Shown: piece after piece, positions 57,583 to 64,000 of the stretch
Position numbering within the stretch: the stretch's first letter is position 1
How the letters are laid out: the number at the start of each line of letters is the position of its first letter
Assembly: GCA_965267575.1 (NCBI GenBank)
Contig: OZ254086.1
Coordinates: 448,001 to 512,000, forward strand
DNA: 64,000 bases
Direction: 5' to 3'
DNA from: Calditrichales bacterium
Lineage (GTDB): Bacteria; Calditrichota; Calditrichia; Calditrichales; J004
Notes under the pieces: generated by a model
Seen by the model: the letters and a program-made list of their open reading frames with translations, nothing else
What the model was told of the DNA's origin: nothing
Database searches by the model: none
Made by a program: the position numbers and the translations under genes

Positions 57583-59938
57583 CTTTATTCTCCACGGGGG
57601 TAAGGGTAGTTATAAAGGCCGTATTATTTTTAATGTGCGTTTTGTCCAGCGAAACACGGTGGTAATTTCCGGATTTCCAGTCATCAAACATATTCATAAA
57701 AAACGGGCTCTGTGGGTGGCCGGAATTGCCGGAAGGCAAAATCATCAGCGCCTCCTGCGGATTAATGAAATCTACAATGTAGCGCCAGCTCGGACCCATC
57801 ATTACATTAAATTTTCCACTCTGCCGATTGTAACTGGAGAAGGAGGCGTTTAGCGTGTTTTCCGTACCCGGCCAGGGCCACGGGCCATACTCCAGGCTCA
57901 ACAGAAATGCCAGCCCGGGCACCTGCGCCAAAGGATGTGCCATACGCAATTGCTGGATCTCGCCCCATTTCGCCGGCTCCCCGTCTGACCTAAGCGAATC
58001 AAAAACTGCCAGCAGCATATCCTCGCGTGATTCCTGAGAGGCAGTAGCCGTGTCATCATGGAACAGGCTTCCCGGCTGCCGGAAAACGTTGAGAGCCCAG
58101 CGCTGCGGAATGGATGTGGCGAAGCCGCCAAACTCATCTTCAAAGAGATCGCGGGTGTAGGTGCGCTCAAACAGGTTCATAAAAGCCGCCGCATAAGATT
58201 CCAGGTCCGATGTACCATCCCAGTTTTGAAGGCGGCTGCGTAAGAGCATCAAATCGGAACTGCTCTCATCCTTGGGCCAGGGCAGCTCTTTTTGCCAATC
58301 CCGCAACACCGCATCCACCACGTCGGCCTGCATCTTCTTAAAATCTTCCACTGTCATTTTATTGCTGTTGTCCAGCCATTCATACAAGCGGTTAATGCGG
58401 CCATTGAAATATTGCCCCGGGATATCATAGCCCAGTATTTCGGGAGATGCGGCTTTGTTGTTGGCCGTTGCCAGCCAGCCGCGCGCAGGATTTACCGAAA
58501 ACGGCGTTTCCTCCAGCGGCCGGTAGCCAGTCCAATAATTTTCAATCGTCTTTCCCTCAACGGGCAGGTTCCGGTAGTCATGCGGACGTATGGGTAAAGG
58601 CGTACCCAGCTGGTAGCCGATATTGCCGGCGCTGTCCGCGTAAACCCAGTTGGCATTCAAGGCTCCGAACCGGCTTACAATTTTGCGGAACTGTTCGATT
58701 TCCTCGACATGCCATAATGCAAAGCCCGAGGAAACAGCGGCCGACAGATCGGCATCGAAACCGGCCCAGTGCATTGTGTAGGCTACCTGCTTTTCATTAT
58801 GCCGGAACATCAGCGGGCCGTGGCGCGAAAGCAACACTGTATCCTTAACTACAGACTCGCCCGCCACAACTATCGTTTCTTCTATAAGCTCAAAGCGCTG
58901 CCAGCTATTACCCACACGATATTGCAGCGAATCTGCCGGGTTCAGCTGCTCTTCATAATATTCGCTGATGTCCACGCCGCCGGCCGTAAAAGCCCAGGCC
59001 GCCCTGCCATTATTGCCCATCACGATAAAGGGCAGGCCCGGCGTGGTCACACCCATGGCCCGGATGCTGTCGGCCACATGTATGCCGCAAAAAAACCAGA
59101 ACTGCGGCAGCCGGTTTATTTGCAGATGCGGATCACTGGCCAGCATGGCTTTACCGCTGCCGCTTTTGGAAGGTGCCACCACCCAGGCGTTGCTGGCCCG
59201 CGTCATCAGGGGCGGCAAGAAACCATTGATAAATTTTTCGGCGAAATAGCGCCGCGGGTCCTGCAGCATGCTCAAAGCCTCGCGCGGCAGGGTATACGGC
59301 GCGTCTTCGGGGTAGAAAATGGGCAGTTGCCGCATGGTATCGGCGCCCACTTTGCGGTAAAGGTGCAACAGAAAATCATCTTTATTCTGCAGTGCGTCAG
59401 AGTACCAGGACTGGAAGCTCTGCACAGTCAGCAAGTCATAAACATTCCAGGGCTCCGTTTCAGCTCTCAGGATATAATATTCAAAAGGTGAAGATGCCGC
59501 GTTTTCCAGCCAGAAGTTGATACCGTCGGCGTAGGCTTGCAGGCGTTTTCTGTCATTGTCCTTTAAATTCGGCAGGGCCGCGCGCGCCAGACGGCTGTGA
59601 CCTATGCGCCGCTGGTCTTTATCTGCACCAAGCGTCAGACTGCCCAGCAACTCACTTAACCTCCCCTGGGCAAAACGGCGTGTCAGATCCATCTGGAAAA
59701 AACGCTCCGAGGCATGCAGCCAGCCCAGGGCAAACAAAGCATCCATTTCGTGAGCAGCAAAAATATGGGGCACACCCCGTTGATCCCAGTGTATGTTTAC
59801 GGAATCCGCCAACGCAGGTGCCAGCAGGCGAGCCTGATATTCGGGCACATTGCCGCGCGCCACGCTGTAGATAAAAACAGCCAAACCGCCAACAACAATC
59901 AACGCCAGCGCCACTAAAACCAAAAGTATGCGTTTCAT
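57569..59938 (-). CDS. Penicillin/acyl-homoserine-lactone acylase (S45 Ntn hydrolase)
   Basis: GVPHI, ERFFQMD, ASNAWVV, DPHL, ATANN, PSGNSG. Confidence 0.92.
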   Translation of the reverse strand: MKRILLVLVALALIVVGGLAVFIYSVARGNVPEYQARLLAPALADSVNIHWDQRGVPHIFAAHEMDALFALGWLHASERFFQMDLTRRFAQGRLSELLGSLTLGADKDQRRIGHSRLARAALPNLKDNDRKRLQAYADGINFWLENAASSPFEYYILRAETEPWNVYDLLTVQSFQSWYSDALQNKDDFLLHLYRKVGADTMRQLPIFYPEDAPYTLPREALSMLQDPRRYFAEKFINGFLPPLMTRASNAWVVAPSKSGSGKAMLASDPHLQINRLPQFWFFCGIHVADSIRAMGVTTPGLPFIVMGNNGRAAWAFTAGGVDISEYYEEQLNPADSLQYRVGNSWQRFELIEETIVVAGESVVKDTVLLSRHGPLMFRHNEKQVAYTMHWAGFDADLSAAVSSGFALWHVEEIEQFRKIVSRFGALNANWVYADSAGNIGYQLGTPLPIRPHDYRNLPVEGKTIENYWTGYRPLEETPFSVNPARGWLATANNKAASPEILGYDIPGQYFNGRINRLYEWLDNSNKMTVEDFKKMQADVVDAVLRDWQKELPWPKDESSSDLMLLRSRLQNWDGTSDLESYAAAFMNLFERTYTRDLFEDEFGGFATSIPQRWALNVFRQPGSLFHDDTATASQESREDMLLAVFDSLRSDGEPAKWGEIQQLRMAHPLAQVPGLAFLLSLEYGPWPWPGTENTLNASFSSYNRQSGKFNVMMGPSWRYIVDFINPQEALMILPSGNSGHPQSPFFMNMFDDWKSGNYHRVSLDKTHIKNNTAFITTLTPVENKDEKN

Positions 59939-60248
59939 AAAAGCCTCCGCGAATGGGTCCTTAATTTAGGTGCGGGGGAGTTTTGTTGAAACCCCGTAAT
60001 TTTTTTATGCACCCGGCATGTTGACAGTGCGATGAAAAAAGGGCACCATTTTGTTTTGTCGATACTTTAATTCTGTCTGAATTTTTTTAAACTATTTAAA
60101 AAAACAATGGTTGTTTGCTGCCGGGCTATGCATTTATTGAAGGGATTGCCTGGCCAAAAGAGGATATTAATAACACTTAAAATTATTAATTCGTGTCAAT
60201 TTTGTAAATCCCCTCTGATTTTTGGGACTGTTAAGAGGAAAGTTGTCG

Positions 60249-61382
60249 ATGAAAATTATAAAGGTAATTCTGGGCGTTTTTGCGGTTTTGGCGGTTATTG
60301 TTATCGCGGCGATTGTTTTTATTGCCGGGCGTTACGGCAGCGGCACAGGCTACCCCGATCTGACATCGCAACCTCTGCTGCCCGATTCCGCGTTGCAGGC
60401 AGTGGTAACCAGCCCTGAGCCGGTTGGCAATGTGGCCGTTTCCGCCGATGGACGCGTTTTTTATACCATCCATCCCGAGGCACGCCCGCCGGGGCCAAAG
60501 GTTTACGAGTGGGCAAATGACGCCCCCAAGCCTTTCCCGGCGGCTGCTGTGCAGGATACATTGCTCGATACGCCGCTGGGCGTAATCATAGACAGGCAGC
60601 AAAGGCTCTGGCTGATTGATCACGGCATGCACGGATTGAAAACGCCGCAACTTGTGGCACTGGACCTGCCAAGCGGCGACATTGTTCACCGCTACCTTTT
60701 CCCGGACAGCATTGCCCCGCTGGGTTCTTTTCTGCAGGACTTGCAGATAGACAGCAGCGGTAACCATATCTTCATCGCGGATGCCGGTTTCTGGAATCAG
60801 CGGCCGGCCCTGGTCCACTACGATGTGCAGCAGCGCCGGGCAAAACGTCTTTTGGAAAAGCACCCTTCGGTGATGCCCCAGGAATGGATCATCAAAACCC
60901 CGATCAGGGAAATGCGCTTTTTGGGTGGCCTGGTTAATTTTCGTGTGGGCGTGGATGGAATCGCCATAACACCGGATAACCGCTTGCTGTTTTATGCCGC
61001 CCTGAACCATGACCGTATATACCAGATACCGCTAGCTGCTATTTTGCTTGCTCCGGAGCGCCTGAAACACCATGTGCAGAACATGGGGCCCAAGCCGCTA
61101 AATGACGGCATGAGCGCCGATACGCTGGGTCAGATTTACATAACCGACGTGGAACACGGGGCTGTTATCCGGCGCACACGTTCGGGCAAACTGGAAACGC
61201 TCGTAAAAAGTGATCGCATACGCTGGGCAGATGCCCTCTCTTTCGGGCCGGATGGCTATCTTTATATCGCCGACAGTGCTATACCGCACCTTGTGCTGCA
61301 AAGCCGCCAACATATCCGGGATCAGGCACCCTATTACATCTTCCGCATTAAAAATGATATTGGCGGCATAGCCGGGCAATGA
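60249..61382 (+). CDS. Yellow/major royal jelly protein-like beta-propeller
   Basis: GNVAVS, LWLIDHG, GVDGIA, NDGMSAD, RWADAL. Confidence 0.8.
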   Translation: MKIIKVILGVFAVLAVIVIAAIVFIAGRYGSGTGYPDLTSQPLLPDSALQAVVTSPEPVGNVAVSADGRVFYTIHPEARPPGPKVYEWANDAPKPFPAAAVQDTLLDTPLGVIIDRQQRLWLIDHGMHGLKTPQLVALDLPSGDIVHRYLFPDSIAPLGSFLQDLQIDSSGNHIFIADAGFWNQRPALVHYDVQQRRAKRLLEKHPSVMPQEWIIKTPIREMRFLGGLVNFRVGVDGIAITPDNRLLFYAALNHDRIYQIPLAAILLAPERLKHHVQNMGPKPLNDGMSADTLGQIYITDVEHGAVIRRTRSGKLETLVKSDRIRWADALSFGPDGYLYIADSAIPHLVLQSRQHIRDQAPYYIFRIKNDIGGIAGQ

Positions 61383-61495
61383 GCCCTATAAAATTCTTCA
61401 CAGAAGCGCCGAAAGCGTTTCCTTCTTTGTGTTCCTCTTCGTATGTTATACGTTGAAAATTTCAACAAACCGAAAATGCTAAGGAAGGACAAAAA

Positions 61496-62788
61496 ATGAC
61501 GCCTATAAAAGTCAATTCAGGCCTGGAAGCGGTCTCCATTATTGAATCCGGCGAGTGGATTTATACGCACTCTATGGCCGCGACACCTGTTTTATTGCTG
61601 GATTCTTTATACAAGCATGTTATTAAAAATGATAAAAAAGACGTGACGGTAATGCAGTTGCACACCGAGCAGCCCGGTGAGATCGACGCGGAAGAGCTCG
61701 AGGGTCATATTCGTAACCGTTGCTTTTTTGTAGGTTCTCCCACACGTAAACTGGTGCAGGCCGGCCAGGCCGATTATGTGCCGATTTTTCTTTCGGAAGT
61801 ACCTAAGCTGTTCCGCCGCAATTATCAGCACGTGGACACGGTGCTGGTACATGTTTCACCACCTGACAAGCATGGCAACTGCACACTGGGCATTTCCGTG
61901 GAGGCCACAAAAGCCGCCATCGAAAAAGCAGACCGGGTAATCGCCCATATTAATCCAAACATGCCGCGCACGCATGGCGATTCCTTTGTGCACCTGGATT
62001 TATTTGACCGCTATGTGGAGCAGGAATGGCCCATCCACGAGCACGCGCCGGCAGAACAAGATGCCACCACCACCAAAATCGGCCAGCTGATCGCCGACCT
62101 GGTTCCGGACGGAGCCTGCCTGCAAATGGGCATCGGCGCGATACCTGATGCGGCACTGGCAGCCATGGGCAACCACAAGGATTTGGGTATTCACACGGAA
62201 ATGTTCTCCGATGGCGTGCTGGACCTGCTGGATAAAGGCAACATTAATAACAGTCGCAAAAAGCTACACCCCGGCAAGGTAGTTACCAGTTTTGCCATGG
62301 GTACCAAGCGTCTTTATGAATTTATCGATGACAACCCGGAAGTGGTTTTCCTCGACGTGGAATATGTAAATGATACCAGCAATATCCGCCGCAATAAAAA
62401 CGTCTGTGCCATAAACAGCGCCCTGCAGGTGGATATCACCGGCCAGGTCTGCGCCGATTCCATGGGTACAAAAATCTACTCCGGCGTGGGCGGCCAGATG
62501 GACTTTATCCGCGGCGCGGCCCTCTCAGAAGGTGGTAAAGCGATTATAGCCCTGCCGTCTACAGCGCGCAACGACAGCATCTCGCGTATTGCCCCGACAC
62601 TCATGCCCGGCGCCGGCGTGGTTACTACCCGCGCCCACGTGCACTACATCGTTACCGAATACGGCGTGGCCGAACTGCACGGCAAAACCCTGCGTGAAAG
62701 GGCCAAGGCATTGATAGATATCGCCCATCCCAAATTCCGCGAAGACCTGGAAAAAGCGGCCCGTGAACAATGGGGTCTGAAACTGTAG
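61496..62788 (+). CDS. Acetyl-CoA hydrolase/transferase (4-hydroxybutyrate CoA-transferase-like)
   Basis: LQMGIGAIP, GIHTEM, SGVGGQMDF, VTEYG, IAHP.FRE. Confidence 0.93.
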   Translation: MTPIKVNSGLEAVSIIESGEWIYTHSMAATPVLLLDSLYKHVIKNDKKDVTVMQLHTEQPGEIDAEELEGHIRNRCFFVGSPTRKLVQAGQADYVPIFLSEVPKLFRRNYQHVDTVLVHVSPPDKHGNCTLGISVEATKAAIEKADRVIAHINPNMPRTHGDSFVHLDLFDRYVEQEWPIHEHAPAEQDATTTKIGQLIADLVPDGACLQMGIGAIPDAALAAMGNHKDLGIHTEMFSDGVLDLLDKGNINNSRKKLHPGKVVTSFAMGTKRLYEFIDDNPEVVFLDVEYVNDTSNIRRNKNVCAINSALQVDITGQVCADSMGTKIYSGVGGQMDFIRGAALSEGGKAIIALPSTARNDSISRIAPTLMPGAGVVTTRAHVHYIVTEYGVAELHGKTLRERAKALIDIAHPKFREDLEKAAREQWGLKL

Positions 62789-62816
62789 GCTTGTATTGAC
62801 TTTTCGAACCGATCTC

Positions 62817-62853
62817 AAGCCCTTCCTTTAATCTTCAGGGAAGGGCTTTTTTT
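62817..62853 (+). terminator. Intrinsic terminator after the CoA transferase
   Basis: aagcccttcc...ggaagggctttttt. Confidence 0.8.
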
Positions 62854-62934
62854 CCTTTTCTTGATCTTTCTCTTTAATCTACGGCTAAAGCAAAATACCG
62901 TTTATAAAAAACGTTTTTACCCTACACGTCAGGG

Positions 62935-63150
62935 ACCGATTTATCGGTGTTTACAGAGAAGTTAGCCGCCATAATAAACCGATGAATCGGTTGCCAGGCA
63001 GATCTTGTTTGCATCAAATCCCACGACTGAAGTCGTGGGTTAACGTGCTTGGCGTAATAGCTGCTTTGCCTGCACGCCAAACGCCGAAGGCGTGGCAGGA
63101 TTATAGCCAGGAGCAGCACAAAATCCTTCAATCCCGAAGGGATGGCATTA
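62935..63150. repeat. Cluster of REP-like short palindromes
   Basis: accgatttatcggt, aaccgatgaatcggtt, cccacgactgaagtcgtggg, acgccgaaggcgt, atcccgaagggat. Confidence 0.7.
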
Positions 63151-63382
63151 ACCCAAGCCCTTATTAAACCCATTCCAAACCCCTTCCCTAAATTTTAGGG
63201 AGGGCTTACTTTCCTCTTTTTCTCGTTTTCTTTCCTTTGGCATGGCAAGAAAGATCACGATAGTACAAACCTCAAGACCGCCTGACCTCAGGACATCAAG
63301 ACTCTCCAAAAACAATCAAGAAAGTTGACATCCGACCGAAGATAAGGGGCTGAAATCAAACCGGTCTAACACGGAAAAGAAA

Positions 63383-63940
63383 ATGAACATCCGCGGAAAA
63401 CGCGTGCTGTTGCGCGCCATCGAAGAAGACGATTTACAACTGCTGCAAAAGTGGGCCAATGAGCCGGAGATCTGTTACCTGCTGGCAGGCTGGCATTTTC
63501 CCACTTCGGCAAAGGACCAGATGGAATGGTTCAACCGCCTGTCGGTTTCTTCCAACCATCAGCGCTTTGCCATTGAAACGCCGGATATGGGACTGATAGG
63601 CACAGCCAACCTGGTGGATATCAACTGGAAAGATCGTAATGCTTTCCACGGCATGATGCTGGGGGATAAAGACATCCGCGGCAAGGGCTATGGCACCGAT
63701 ACGATTCTGGCCGTGATGCGCTATGCCTTTGAAGAACTTGGTCTGCAGCGGCTGGATGGTTCTATGATCGAATACAACCAGGCCTCGCTGGGCGTCTACA
63801 TTAAAAAATGCGGCTGGGTGGAAGAAGGACGCCAGCGCCAGTGGTATTTCCGCAAAAACAAATGGTGGGACAAAGTGGTCGTGGGTGTTACCCGCGGCGA
63901 CTATGAAGCGCTGATCAAAAAAACAGGCTACTGGGATTGA
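63383..63940 (+). CDS. RimJ/RimL-type GNAT acetyltransferase
   Basis: LRAIEEDD, RGKGYG, YAFEELGL, N.AS, EEGR.R. Confidence 0.9.
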   Translation: MNIRGKRVLLRAIEEDDLQLLQKWANEPEICYLLAGWHFPTSAKDQMEWFNRLSVSSNHQRFAIETPDMGLIGTANLVDINWKDRNAFHGMMLGDKDIRGKGYGTDTILAVMRYAFEELGLQRLDGSMIEYNQASLGVYIKKCGWVEEGRQRQWYFRKNKWWDKVVVGVTRGDYEALIKKTGYWD

Positions 63941-63941
63941 A

Positions 63942-64000
63942 GTGACAGGCGACGAGAAAAAAATCTTGATTACCGGCGGTAGTGGCTACCTGGGCAGCGC
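63942..64000 (+). CDS. NAD-dependent epimerase/dehydratase, N-terminus only
   Basis: GTG start; KILITGGSGYLGS Rossmann motif. Confidence 0.8.
   Translation, partial: MTGDEKKILITGGSGYLGS

Noticed and set aside
62935-63150. CRISPR array
   Set aside because: The palindromes differ from each other, the spacing is irregular and there are no cas genes.
62922-63173. Short ORFs on both strands over the palindrome cluster
   Set aside because: Better explained as non-coding repeat DNA.

Overview
Ordinary, gene-dense chromosome of a GC-moderate Gram-negative bacterium. It is probably from the FCB group (Calditrichota-like). This is an inference from a GWxTD-domain protein, a QNYPNPFNP C-terminal sorting domain and BtuG. 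I saw no rRNA, tRNA, CRISPR array, integrase or transposase. Housekeeping genes include hisS, aroF, trxB, rplU, rpmA, an Rne/Rng nuclease and a polyprenyl synthase. Other loci are a cobalamin-riboswitch-controlled btuB-btuG-btuF locus interrupted by a split class II ribonucleotide reductase (nrdJa/nrdJb) before the ABC ATPase, an ECF sigma/anti-sigma/TlpA/M16 operon, a PTS-IIA/PII-like/Ser-Thr kinase trio, a WYL regulator with a DinB target, a DUF4160/DUF2442 toxin-antitoxin pair and several secreted proteins. The most notable unannotated signals are: (1) a 35-codon leader ORF between the B12 riboswitch and btuB, with a duplicated SD 11-mer and a hairpin that hides the btuB SD; (2) a TGACA-N6-TGTCA palindrome with PafBC-like spacing to TATAAT ahead of the DinB gene; (3) non-intein insertions in NrdJa and a terminator abutting the ATPase start; (4) dispersed 8-bp periodic intergenic repeats and a REP-like palindrome cluster. 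All family assignments come from motif recognition by eye. No database searches were run.
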